Shown here: piece by piece, positions 16,821-25,904 of the stretch
How the letters are laid out: each line of letters opens with the position of its first letter
Position numbering within the stretch: position 1 is the first letter of the stretch
The notes under the pieces: model-generated
What the model saw: the letters and a program-made list of their open reading frames with translations, nothing else
Databases searched by the model: none
Told to the model about the DNA's origin: nothing
Virus record (IMG/VR): IMGVR_UViG_3300034416_000016
Span: 1-37,011 of that record
From: a virus
Taxonomy: Duplodnaviria; Caudoviricetes
DNA: 37,011 nucleotides
Direction: 5' to 3' (one strand)
Position numbers and translations under genes: made by a program

Positions 16821-17610
16821 TATTTCCCCCTTTCCCTGCTTTTGCCGCTTCAATCACAGGAATATAAGTGCATCTGCAGTTGGGATGGACCGGCAATATA
16901 GGCGCCTTTCCAATTTCAAAGATTTGGCCATCCAACGGGCCACAGGTTTCACAAGTTCTTTCATCCTCTGCTGCCAGATACTCCAACTTTTTAACCCCCC
17001 GGTCCTTATAGGCCATCAGCGTTGCCTGATTCAGATAATGCATGGTTTCGGTCCTGACAAGCCGATACGAATTATAGAGACCATTGCTCATCATCCCATC
17101 AAGCTTCATCGCCATTTCAGTAATTGTTTTCCCAGAGCCGATGCCGTTTAATATAACAGAATTTAAGGACTGCGCCAGATTGTCCCGATTGCCCCACAGC
17201 CGATCCGAGAAGTTACCACCTCGCCATGGTTCTTTCAAAACACTTTTAAAGGTACCTGCCTTAAGCATCGTGAAGCTTTCTTCGCCGACAATTTCGGACG
17301 AAACTTTGTTATATAGCAAAGCCATTTCTTTTGACAGTTGATCATTAAAATCTTTTTCGATATTATTCCCAAGCTGGATAATGACCTGATCCATCTGTTT
17401 AAGCAATTTTGTTTGACGGGCATGATTATAAGCAGCAGTCCGGCTGGCATTGGTAGCTGCATCAAACTTGATCATTTCATTGTAGATATCCTCACGTGCT
17501 GCTTTATACATTTCGATCAGTTTCCGGTTTCTTTTTTCAATGTCGTTATAAGACTTCCAAATACTATTCGCGATCCGGTCTTTCCAATAATTACTCTGAG
17601 TTGCTGCCAT
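16813..17610 (-). CDS. Minor head morphogenesis protein (SPP1 gp7 / MuF)
   Basis: RLVRTET, DERTCETC..LDG, P.HPNCRC motifs. Confidence 0.92.
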   Translation of the reverse strand: MAATQSNYWKDRIANSIWKSYNDIEKRNRKLIEMYKAAREDIYNEMIKFDAATNASRTAAYNHARQTKLLKQMDQVIIQLGNNIEKDFNDQLSKEMALLYNKVSSEIVGEESFTMLKAGTFKSVLKEPWRGGNFSDRLWGNRDNLAQSLNSVILNGIGSGKTITEMAMKLDGMMSNGLYNSYRLVRTETMHYLNQATLMAYKDRGVKKLEYLAAEDERTCETCGPLDGQIFEIGKAPILPVHPNCRCTYIPVIEAAKAGKGGNNA

Positions 17611-19069
17611 TAGTGTTATCTCCGATCATCTGAACCTGATCCAGTTTTACAGTATCATTCTGCTCTTTCAGCTGCTCCAATTCCTTCTCAACATCATTAA
17701 CCCATGGATGATTGGCAACTATTGTTTTATTAGACACAACACCCAATGAAGCCCCACAATTAGCAATACTTTCTGATTCATTGATTTTCATATCCCGGTT
17801 AAAAACAATATCAACTTCAACATTTTCATAACCGCCCTGGTTGATCTCATTCAGGTAGATATCTACAAAATAGAGCAGGTTTTCAAAGCCCATCTTGAAT
17901 TCTGTTTCCAGCGCATTACATTTCAGATCTATTCCGGCATACATGAACTTAAGCGCCACGCCGCTGGGAGCACTGCCGAATTTATCCAGATCTTTATTGA
18001 TGCTCTGGCCGTCCTCGATCAGATCCCGCTTCAGCTGTTCATAATGTTCCCGTAAAGCCGTAATATCCATGGTGGGTGTCAGTGTTTCCAGACCGCCACT
18101 TTCTTTATCGTCCAGGGGAATGGCCCGATCCTCATTGAGCACCCGCATAAATTCATGGAGATCTTGACCACCGTAACCATACAAAACAAAAATAAGGTTC
18201 TTCACTTCTTCCACGTAATTGGCAGCTTCAGATCTGGACTTATCATATTCATCAATCAATGGCTTTACAAAAGACAGATCCGACATTTCCACCCGGTTAT
18301 TTTTGAATGGGATAAAGGGGACTTTCCCCCAGGATACCCACACATCATCCCGCTTAAAATGGGATATTGGACCCCCGGCGTCAATATCATTGGATTTATT
18401 GGCATTAAAAAACAGCGCATCATCCTGTAATGTATAGAATGTCACCCCGTCTTTTGTCCACATTTCCACATTTGTTATTGTGATCTTATTTGATCCCTTC
18501 CACTCGGTTGATTCATATACCCGGATCATGCCATCAAGTTCTTTGTGGCTGTTGTCCTTCCAGATGGGGATGCATTGTTCGGCCGGAATAATCAGAGTGT
18601 CAAACTCACCTTGTTCGTTGATGAAGGGTTGTAGCCAGGCAATCCCTTTGTTGCTGGCCTCGTATCCCAGACCAGATAAGGTGTAATTGAAATGCTTACC
18701 CAAAACATCTTTGATCTTTTCGGTATAGTTCTTATCCTCACAATCAATGGTATATGGTTTTGATAACAGATATCCGATCTTTTCATCAACCATCAACTTA
18801 TATTTGCCGTGAGCCACTTTATTATTTGCTTTATAGCTTTCTTCAACCGGTATACCATCGATCATCCTGATTAACTTTCTTTTCAGGATATCCGGCTCGG
18901 CCTCATAATACCGCTGGCCGATGATCATCATTCGCCGCTTCTTCGATTGGCTGAACTCCTTAATCATTCCGATTGTCTGTTCATCTTGAATGGTATTGCT
19001 TTGTTTTATCTCCATAACGCCCGCTTTCACCCCCTTCTTAAGTGCTTTGAATATCTCTGACAGTTTCAT
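17591..19069 (-). CDS. Portal protein, SPP1 gp6-like
   Basis: 492 aa; GKVPFIPFKNN, SGVALKF, HPWVND..ELE motifs. Confidence 0.93.
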   Translation of the reverse strand: MKLSEIFKALKKGVKAGVMEIKQSNTIQDEQTIGMIKEFSQSKKRRMMIIGQRYYEAEPDILKRKLIRMIDGIPVEESYKANNKVAHGKYKLMVDEKIGYLLSKPYTIDCEDKNYTEKIKDVLGKHFNYTLSGLGYEASNKGIAWLQPFINEQGEFDTLIIPAEQCIPIWKDNSHKELDGMIRVYESTEWKGSNKITITNVEMWTKDGVTFYTLQDDALFFNANKSNDIDAGGPISHFKRDDVWVSWGKVPFIPFKNNRVEMSDLSFVKPLIDEYDKSRSEAANYVEEVKNLIFVLYGYGGQDLHEFMRVLNEDRAIPLDDKESGGLETLTPTMDITALREHYEQLKRDLIEDGQSINKDLDKFGSAPSGVALKFMYAGIDLKCNALETEFKMGFENLLYFVDIYLNEINQGGYENVEVDIVFNRDMKINESESIANCGASLGVVSNKTIVANHPWVNDVEKELEQLKEQNDTVKLDQVQMIGDNTNGSNSE

Positions 19070-19086
19070 GATTCACCCCCTTAAAA

Positions 19087-20367
19087 TCAGCTCCTGAACG
19101 TTTTTAATCCTCCAAAACCTTTCAGGATCGTAAAACAGAAATAGCGAGTGGCATCCATTCCGTGATCATGATCTTTGACTGGTTTATCTTCTCCACTATC
19201 CGCCGCCTTAACATCCCAGATATAGTTTGAGAATTCCTTGATCGTTTCTTTGCATTCTGCCAGAAAGAAGATCTTACCGGTTTGAATGGCCGTTCCTGTT
19301 ACTCTGATCCCGTTTAAAACATCATTCTTGGCCTTTTTGATACTCAGTCCACGCTTCTTAAGTTCTGCTATAAAGCTGGCCGCCGACGGGTCAATGATGA
19401 TATATTTTGCGGATATTCCCTCAAGAAATACAATCAGATCATCAGCATATTCCTGGTCGGTCTTTTGCTTTAACTTGTCACGCCCGGAGTAATAATACTC
19501 CTTGCAGCAGTACCATTTCCCGCTGATGCCCTGGCACCATAACAAAAATACCGTGGCATTTTGAGTCCCATAATCACAGGAAACATATTTATTACCGGTT
19601 AGTTCTTCAGGAATAGCAGTTATCACATGCTTTTCAGGATCAAACATATCGTAAATGATCCCCTGAGCTACCGTCCAGAATCCCAGAATATACCGCTGGT
19701 AAAATACCCCGGTATACATGGCCCGATACCTGGCCTTAATCTTCTCAGATAAAGACAGGTTGTCATCCATCGTGAAATGTAGATAGAAAAGATTCTTTTG
19801 CTCTAACTGATCAATCCAATTGACCTTAAACCAATGGAAAGGACCATCAGGGTTGCAATTGAACCAATATTTTGATCCATCAACCGAACACCGCCCGGTC
19901 GCCTGATTCACAAAAGATTCCGGCATCAAAGCCACTTCATCAAAAAAAACGCCCGCCAACGTGATCCCCTGGATCAGGTCCTGCGATCGTTCATCCTTAC
20001 CACCAAAAACATAAAAATAGTTTGTAACATCGCCCCGGGATACCGTGACTAGATTATCCGCCCGGTGATCCTGGACTTTATAACCACGAGACTTGAGCAT
20101 CAACTTCAACCAGAATAAAACATTTCGCCTGAATGATCCAATGGTTTTTCCACACATCCCAAAGCTTTGATCACTGAAGGTCTCCATTGCCCAGATGACA
20201 AAGGATAATGACATTGACAGGGTTTTCCCCGACCGGATGGCGCCATCAGCAATAATCCCATCCTTTTCATGGACTGGGCTTTCAGGCATCCACCAGGTCA
20301 GAACCTTTTGCTGCTTCTTTGAAAACGGCTTAAACTTGAAGATTGCTTTCTTAATCGTCGCTATCAT
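19087..20367 (-). CDS. terL: Terminase large subunit, PBSX family
   Basis: Walker A GAIRSGKT, Walker B VFFDEVA, CNP, DYG, DPSA, DHGMDATRY. Confidence 0.95.
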   Translation of the reverse strand: MIATIKKAIFKFKPFSKKQQKVLTWWMPESPVHEKDGIIADGAIRSGKTLSMSLSFVIWAMETFSDQSFGMCGKTIGSFRRNVLFWLKLMLKSRGYKVQDHRADNLVTVSRGDVTNYFYVFGGKDERSQDLIQGITLAGVFFDEVALMPESFVNQATGRCSVDGSKYWFNCNPDGPFHWFKVNWIDQLEQKNLFYLHFTMDDNLSLSEKIKARYRAMYTGVFYQRYILGFWTVAQGIIYDMFDPEKHVITAIPEELTGNKYVSCDYGTQNATVFLLWCQGISGKWYCCKEYYYSGRDKLKQKTDQEYADDLIVFLEGISAKYIIIDPSAASFIAELKKRGLSIKKAKNDVLNGIRVTGTAIQTGKIFFLAECKETIKEFSNYIWDVKAADSGEDKPVKDHDHGMDATRYFCFTILKGFGGLKTFRS

Positions 20368-21070
20368 CAGCCCAAACCTCAGCAATATTTCCTTTTAGTG
20401 CTTCAATAAATCCATCATCCTCAAAGGTTTCTGATTCGCTGTTCATTCTTGCCACTTCACATTTCAGTTTATCAATGCGGACCCGCTGCTCTTCGGTTGC
20501 CATACTGGATCTTGTCAGTTCGTCATATTGTTTGATCATACTTTCAAGCGTCTTCATGGCCCGGGATTGCGCCTGCAAGAAGTTGGCATGTTTGTCCCAG
20601 GCTTGCTGGACTTCCCAGGTCTGGCTGCTGACTTTACCGGTGGAGTTTACAACCTGTTCAATGGTTTTATCTTCTTGATCCCGGACATACATCAGGTTTT
20701 GAGCCCGGATGATAGCAGCATATTGGAGTTGGATGTTGTCCCAAAGAAGATCGATGGGATCGGAATGCTCAATACAACCAATGATCTCCATGGTTTCAGA
20801 CGGAAGCCATTTGGAAAAGAAGCCATGCTTTTCAGCCTTCTTATTTCCAGGTGGACCACCAGTTGAATTCTTATTTCCTGGCTGAGCCCCTCTCTTTTTC
20901 GCAACGTTGCGTTTTTTGTTTTGCAACGTTGCACTCCAACTATATCTTTTCTTCCAGCTGCGGATGGTACCTTCAGGGATTTGGAGAGCTGCCGCAATGT
21001 CCACCATCTTTTTGCCCTGGTCAAATAGTTCTTTTGCTTTTTCAATTTGTTCATTCGGTGCTCTTGGCAA
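20351..21070 (-). CDS. terS: Terminase small subunit
   Basis: N-terminal HTH (GTIRSWKKRYSW), GAQPGNKN/GNKKAEKHG motifs, overlaps terL. Confidence 0.92.
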   Translation of the reverse strand: MPRAPNEQIEKAKELFDQGKKMVDIAAALQIPEGTIRSWKKRYSWSATLQNKKRNVAKKRGAQPGNKNSTGGPPGNKKAEKHGFFSKWLPSETMEIIGCIEHSDPIDLLWDNIQLQYAAIIRAQNLMYVRDQEDKTIEQVVNSTGKVSSQTWEVQQAWDKHANFLQAQSRAMKTLESMIKQYDELTRSSMATEEQRVRIDKLKCEVARMNSESETFEDDGFIEALKGNIAEVWADDSDD

Positions 21071-21105
21071 CTCTCACCACCTCTCATTCGTCGGTTTTGT
21101 GCATG

Positions 21106-21127
21106 AAAAAAGACACCCGTGGGTGTC
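21106..21127 (-). terminator. Intrinsic terminator after the NDT-like moron
   Basis: GACACCC/GGGTGTC inverted repeat followed by T6 on the minus strand. Confidence 0.75.
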
Positions 21128-21156
21128 GATAATTTTGCGTTTTGTAGAAATATTTA

Positions 21157-22074
21157 TTAATTCATTACGGAAAATTTATAACATGGTACTTTATTTTCAG
21201 TCATAATATTTGATATTATCTTAGGGATATTTGTTTTTTCGAGTTCTTCAAAATCATTAAAATATCTTTGAGAGAATTTTAAAACAAATGAATTATTTTC
21301 ATAGAAAATACGAACTTTGGGGCCATAATATGTTGCCAAATCATTTATTATTTTTTTGGGTTCGAATTCAGGTTCAAGAAAACTTTCAGATGATATTATT
21401 AGATCAGGGGATTTTAATATTACATTAAAATTGTTTGATCTGAATGTCTCTGAATAACTAGCCTGATTTCTTGAAAGCATATTGATTTTTCTATTTAAAA
21501 GATCGACAGAATTAACTAGGTTTTCAAGAACATCCGAATACTTTTTTTCCTCGTTAGGGACATCTGTTATTATGACCTCAGCAATATTATCTTTAATAGG
21601 ATTGCTGATTATAGGATTTTCAAAATTTATCGCCTCAATTGCCTTTTTTAAATCGCGTTTTAAAGTATTAGCTCCAAGCATATCATTCGAATATGGAATT
21701 GTGTTATATGAGTTAATATCAAAAGGCAGGTTGTCAATTTCGCTCGTTATATGAATAATAGGTTTTCCTACTGCATGTCTTAATGCAATTTCATACATAA
21801 CATTTGGATTCTGTTCTGTTAGATTTGCAATTACAAGATCTGCTTCGTATATACTTCTAACTATAGTTCTTACTAATGAACCGGAAATAGATGTTTCGTA
21901 TACTGTTTCAGATCTTTGAAAATTTAATTGTTCTAAAACGGGGAAAATAGCTTCTTTTATAACTCCGTCAATATGTCTTCGTATTTCAGAATTTGTTCCG
22001 CCAACCGGAGTTATAATAAAACAAGTTTTTTTAGATTTTTCAGGTATTATAGCTTCTTGGACTTTAGCGCTCAA
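21157..22074 (-). CDS. Moron: nucleoside 2-deoxyribosyltransferase (NDT)/TIR-like N-terminal domain + unknown C-terminal domain
   Basis: CFIITP, ADLVIANLT..NPNVMYEIALRHA..KP, LPFDI motifs; AT-rich. Confidence 0.82.
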   Translation of the reverse strand: MSAKVQEAIIPEKSKKTCFIITPVGGTNSEIRRHIDGVIKEAIFPVLEQLNFQRSETVYETSISGSLVRTIVRSIYEADLVIANLTEQNPNVMYEIALRHAVGKPIIHITSEIDNLPFDINSYNTIPYSNDMLGANTLKRDLKKAIEAINFENPIISNPIKDNIAEVIITDVPNEEKKYSDVLENLVNSVDLLNRKINMLSRNQASYSETFRSNNFNVILKSPDLIISSESFLEPEFEPKKIINDLATYYGPKVRIFYENNSFVLKFSQRYFNDFEELEKTNIPKIISNIMTENKVPCYKFSVMN

Positions 22075-22105
22075 ATCATCTCACCTCAATATATTTTTTA
22101 TAATG

Positions 22106-22134
22106 ATTATACGCCTGCATGAGAACAATTACAA
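22106..22134 (-). promoter_or_regulatory. Moron promoter TTGTAA-17-TATAAT
   Basis: -35 at 22129-22134, -10 at 22106-22111. Confidence 0.65.
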
Positions 22135-22176
22135 TGTACGAATCCCAAGAAAAAGACCCCCTCTCTGATTCCTGTA

Positions 22177-22785
22177 TTAATAAACACTTAATTTCCTTAT
22201 TTTATTTAATTTTTCACGTCTATCAATTTCATCATATAGACAATTGAGAATCAATAAATATTTCTTTTTTCGAAGTAAAACTCTCTTTTTCCTTGATGAT
22301 AATTGATTTGATAATACGTCTGTTTTGTTAAAGAAAAAAATAAAAGCTAAACCCAAAGAAATGCAAACTATCACATATTTAGTAACAGCTGGATCCAAAT
22401 TAGGAAATGTTTTAAATATCAATAATTTTTCAGGAAGTAAACTTGCATAAATACCCATGAAAGTTAAAAAACAAGCGCTTATTGTCATAGCACTATTGAA
22501 AAATTCACTTATTTGAGGTTTATATTCATTATCTTTATCAATTTTTCTTTCAATTAGGAAAATTATCTTTTTTAGATAAAAAATGCTATATTTCTCGTCT
22601 TTGAAGAATACTGAAAACTTTTCGAAAATCCTGTCATATTCAAAATATCTTGCACTTTCTTCTATTTCGAATTTCTTTTTAAACCAGCCAAACTTTTTAA
22701 AGAAAAATCCCTTGATTTTATGATCTTTTAAGAGCTTTTCCAATTCAGTATTATAATAAACCTTCTGCTTCTCAATAATTGCCAT
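22177..22785 (-). CDS. AT-rich moron, basic protein with two TM helices
   Basis: GGAGG RBS; hydrophobic segments AMTISACFLTFMGIYASLL and YVIVCISLGLAFIFFF. Confidence 0.78.
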   Translation of the reverse strand: MAIIEKQKVYYNTELEKLLKDHKIKGFFFKKFGWFKKKFEIEESARYFEYDRIFEKFSVFFKDEKYSIFYLKKIIFLIERKIDKDNEYKPQISEFFNSAMTISACFLTFMGIYASLLPEKLLIFKTFPNLDPAVTKYVIVCISLGLAFIFFFNKTDVLSNQLSSRKKRVLLRKKKYLLILNCLYDEIDRREKLNKIRKLSVY

Positions 22786-22910
22786 TTTCCCTCCATACAA
22801 TATTATTTTGCCTTAATTAGTATGAAGTATTTTATACCATTTCACTTAAACTTTAATTGTTTTAATTGAAATTATTTCAAATCACCACTGATTTATTTTT
22901 TCCTATTCTA

Positions 22911-22978
22911 ATAATAGCATACCTAAATTCCCCATTGGAACACATCTTACCAGCAAAACACCCGCATTTTACCCGCAT
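22911..22978 (-). promoter_or_regulatory. Putative late promoter with activator-binding direct repeats
   Basis: ATGCGGGT x2, TTGCTGGT, ATGTGTTC at an 11-bp period; extended -10 TGcTATTAT; poor -35; directly after the activator gene. Confidence 0.6.
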
Positions 22979-23400
22979 GCACTTTCACGCATTGAAATCA
23001 TGTCCAGTTGATCCAATGTCACTTCTATTTTCTTCTGGACCGTTCTTTCATCTAGTTCCGTTCTATCAGCAATTTCCCGCCAGGTCATTTTTCTAAAATA
23101 CCGATCCTCAATAATACTTTTCAGTTCCGGTGACATCATTGGCATGAGCCGGTCTACCACTTCAATATCTGCCTCAGCCATCTTCTTTTTCCGCTGCAGT
23201 TCAAGAATCTCCTTGCCCTCTAAATGTCGGATAGCAGTCCGCTCCGTGCTGCTACCGCCACCATGAAAAATCGGGGTTAGTGACAACTGCTGGGTGTATG
23301 ATGGGTCAATCTGTTCTCTAAGTAATTTGATCTCTCGATCAATAAAAATGATTAAAATCTTATTCTCATTATACCTTTCAAAAAAGCTTCTTACTTGCAC
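22969..23400 (-). CDS. Late transcriptional activator (RinA/ArpU-like, sigma region-4 HTH)
   Basis: SSTERTAI, IIEDRYF..TWREIAD..LDERTV motifs; last gene before the packaging module. Confidence 0.82.
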   Translation of the reverse strand: MQVRSFFERYNENKILIIFIDREIKLLREQIDPSYTQQLSLTPIFHGGGSSTERTAIRHLEGKEILELQRKKKMAEADIEVVDRLMPMMSPELKSIIEDRYFRKMTWREIADRTELDERTVQKKIEVTLDQLDMISMRESACG

Positions 23401-23424
23401 GTATTCTCCCCCTTATGTTATAAT
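23395..23424 (+). promoter_or_regulatory. Antisense promoter TTGCAC-18-TATAAT with extended -10
   Basis: -35 at 23395-23400, TGn at 23416-23418, -10 at 23419-23424; overlaps the activator start codon and RBS. Confidence 0.6.
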
Positions 23425-23430
23425 TATTTA

Positions 23431-23492
23431 ACTGGTATTCGGAAGAGAATACGCGAGAATGTTTCCTACTGCATTAGGAGCATTCTTTTTTT
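23431..23492 (+). ncRNA. Candidate ~62-nt cis-antisense RNA to the late-activator leader
   Basis: GTATTC/GAATAC hairpin, then AGAATGTTTCCTA/TAGGAGCATTCT stem and T-run on the plus strand. Confidence 0.55.
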
Positions 23493-23495
23493 AAT

Positions 23496-23648
23496 TCACT
23501 GGTTAGCCTGCTCCTTCTTCCCCTGGAACAACTTACACTTATTCCATTTGTGTGCCGTTGCAGAGGCTGAGCAATTATTGTTGAAATGCTTATGGTCGTA
23601 ATACAGGCAGTTTACCTGCTTGCAATGGTCTTGTTTTTTACTTCTCAT
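23496..23648 (-). CDS. Cys/His-rich microprotein (50 aa)
   Basis: AAGGGG RBS; MRSKKQDHCKQVNCLYYDHKHFNNNC.. Confidence 0.6.
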   Translation of the reverse strand: MRSKKQDHCKQVNCLYYDHKHFNNNCSASATAHKWNKCKLFQGKKEQANQ

Positions 23649-23728
23649 TGTTTCCCCTTCCCACAGAAAAACGCACAGATTAGTATATTTCCACCGTAAT
23701 TCCAGTAACCCTCACAAATTAATTTCAT
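23645..23728 (-). CDS. 27-aa peptide
   Basis: MKLICEGYWNYGGNILICAFFCGKGKQ; ATGA overlaps with both neighbouring genes. Confidence 0.4.
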   Translation of the reverse strand: MKLICEGYWNYGGNILICAFFCGKGKQ

Positions 23729-24051
23729 CCCTTTAACCCCGCTTCATATTCCCGGTACATTTCAAACCAGGCTTCCGCCGGCATGATCACAACCCAGTCA
23801 CAATTATTCTTTCGATGTGCCACAATTGGTAGTTTCTCACCAGAATCCCGAATAGCCTGATCCATAGCATCATACAGCTTCAGTTTTTCGGTTCGCTTGA
23901 CCTCAATATGGACATTGGGCAGACCAACAACATCCTCTCCCTCAATGCCGCAAAATTGCTGGCCACGACGGCAATCATACCCGTTTTCCCGGCATAGTTT
24001 TGCAAACTCACGTTCGCCGGATGCTCCTTTACGCTTTGAATTAATTGGCAT
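23725..24051 (-). CDS. Holliday junction resolvase-like PD-(D/E)xK nuclease
   Basis: SKRKGASGERE, RRGQQF, DVVG..IEVKR motifs. Confidence 0.8.
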   Translation of the reverse strand: MPINSKRKGASGEREFAKLCRENGYDCRRGQQFCGIEGEDVVGLPNVHIEVKRTEKLKLYDAMDQAIRDSGEKLPIVAHRKNNCDWVVIMPAEAWFEMYREYEAGLKG

Positions 24052-24458
24052 TATCGCACCTCAAGTAATTCGGGGTTGTCAAAAATATTTCCTACTACAA
24101 CACACCAGTTGCCTAAAGCTTGTGGCTCGATCCCTTCATAATCAGCAAAGAACGATTCATCCTCAAAAACAACTGGGGCGCAGGTTCCATATTCATCAGA
24201 AACAATACTACCCTCAAAAATCTTCTTTCCATTCTTATCTTCTTCTCCTGTATATTGACCAACAGTTTTAGGAATTACCTCATAATCGTCAAGCTGTTCA
24301 AATATACTTTCAAAACTGTCATATTCCATTTTATCGTAATCTAAAATATAACAACAATTCTCATTATTATCGCGGTGATAAAATGCACCACTAAATAAAT
24401 CACCTTCTACCCATTCTCCATTATCAATCCGCTTCCCGCGGAATAGTATTTCACGCAC
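24051..24458 (-). CDS. YopX family protein
   Basis: REILFRGK..WVEG, TVGQYTG.EDKNGKKIFEG, VVGNIFDNPELLE. Confidence 0.9.
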   Translation of the reverse strand: MREILFRGKRIDNGEWVEGDLFSGAFYHRDNNENCCYILDYDKMEYDSFESIFEQLDDYEVIPKTVGQYTGEEDKNGKKIFEGSIVSDEYGTCAPVVFEDESFFADYEGIEPQALGNWCVVVGNIFDNPELLEVR

Positions 24459-24987
24459 CTTTTTCAACCTCCTCAATTATTGCAAGCGCCATGTTTAGCC
24501 CTGACAGCTTGCCTCTAGCCTTGCCTGCCGAATAATTCATCTCACCATCCATAAATTCTTCGCGTTCTTCCATTTCTGCAAAACGATCGTCTATTTTGTC
24601 AGCTTCTTCTATTTCTGATTTCAATATTTGTTTTATTTTTTCAACCGTTAATGGCTTATTTTCCAAATCATCTAAGGTTATCCCTGCATCCTCATACATT
24701 TTGAGTCGCCCTCTTAATTCTACCGCTTGCACTGTCACCGTATATAAAATAGCCAGCTCGCAATCGCATTCCATGCAAGCACCTTCCATAAGATCTTCCG
24801 GTTCAACCTTGCATCCTTTTTCTTTTGCGCATTTCGATATATATTCGCAAAGATCAACATCTTCTTGCCCATCCGCATATCGCAGAGCCACTCGATTATC
24901 TTTTCCAAATGCATAATTCAGCATGGTTTCGGTGTTATTTTCCGGTTCATCTGTCGTTAATCGTGTTATTTTCATTGGATCTTTCAT
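24451..24987 (-). CDS. Hypothetical phage early protein
   Basis: RLT..LKMYEDAG pattern, several Cys; GAGGTGGAG RBS. Confidence 0.7.
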   Translation of the reverse strand: MKDPMKITRLTTDEPENNTETMLNYAFGKDNRVALRYADGQEDVDLCEYISKCAKEKGCKVEPEDLMEGACMECDCELAILYTVTVQAVELRGRLKMYEDAGITLDDLENKPLTVEKIKQILKSEIEEADKIDDRFAEMEEREEFMDGEMNYSAGKARGKLSGLNMALAIIEEVEKGA

Positions 24988-25163
24988 CACTCCACCTCGT
25001 TCTCCTTCAGAATCCGATCACACGCCCTGCCAAAAACCGCCATTATCTCCACATATTCTGCGTACGTCAAGCCCAGCCTCATGGTATGCACCACTTCTTG
25101 TAAATTTCTTGCTTCAACCACGCTGATCGTTTCCGATGCTGCCACTATATTTGGTTCATTCAT
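24987..25163 (-). CDS. Hypothetical protein (58 aa; missing from the ORF track)
   Basis: GGAGG RBS; MNEPNIVAASETISVV..; overlaps both neighbours' stop/start codons. Confidence 0.65.
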   Translation of the reverse strand: MNEPNIVAASETISVVEARNLQEVVHTMRLGLTYAEYVEIMAVFGRACDRILKENEVE

Positions 25164-25375
25164 TCCTTTTCCTCCATCCTCACAAATTGGATCTGCATCC
25201 CCATAGCACCCAGTATTTTACCGAGAATCACTATTTGCGGATCTCTTTTCCCGTTCTCGTAATTACTGACAGCACGGCCAGTTATCCCCGCCTCTTGAGC
25301 GAGTTGCTCCTGGGATAATCCGCACCGTTTACGCTCTTGCTTGATTAATTCACCGATGTTCATGTCATGCTCCAA
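25160..25375 (-). CDS. XRE-family HTH protein
   Basis: LSQEQLAQEAGIT..AVSNYENGKRDP. Confidence 0.88.
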   Translation of the reverse strand: MEHDMNIGELIKQERKRCGLSQEQLAQEAGITGRAVSNYENGKRDPQIVILGKILGAMGMQIQFVRMEEKE

Positions 25376-25904
25376 TCCCTTCCCCTAATTTTAAAATCGT
25401 GTCTTTAATCGAATCTGGTAGGGCCCGATATTCATAGTCTAGTTCCTGCCTTTTTCTGAATGTCCTAACAAAATGTGACTGGATCACACTCTGGACCGAG
25501 TCAATTGGCATCCCAGACCAGCTCTGAAGCATTTCCGGCGATCCAACACATTTTCTGATCATAGGCGGCAGCTTCTGGTATTCTTCCTGTGCATGCCAAG
25601 CTGAATTTTTAATCGCTTTATAGACATATTCCCATGCTTCCATTTCGGTCATTTCAGGTCCGGATTCCATTTTGATTATGAGGTCCCTTACAAACCCAAC
25701 AGAAGGCGAGAAATTGGTTTTGTTTGTACAAAGGATGTAATCAACAGCTTTATTTGCCATGGCATAATCCTTGTCTTTCAAAACCCGATACCATGATGCG
25801 GCGATGGCTTTTTTTGCCTCTTCGTTCTCTTCAGCTCTTTTAAAACTCGCCGGATAATTGACTTCCAGAACTGACAATATTTTTAAAACTTCCTCTGGTT
25901 TCAT
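25365..25904 (-). CDS. Helicase loader/inhibitor (SPP1 G39P-like)
   Basis: ILSVLEVNYP, W..VLKD..Y, F.PSV, EAW..V motifs; follows the initiator gene. Confidence 0.75.
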   Translation of the reverse strand: MKPEEVLKILSVLEVNYPASFKRAEENEEAKKAIAASWYRVLKDKDYAMANKAVDYILCTNKTNFSPSVGFVRDLIIKMESGPEMTEMEAWEYVYKAIKNSAWHAQEEYQKLPPMIRKCVGSPEMLQSWSGMPIDSVQSVIQSHFVRTFRKRQELDYEYRALPDSIKDTILKLGEGIGA

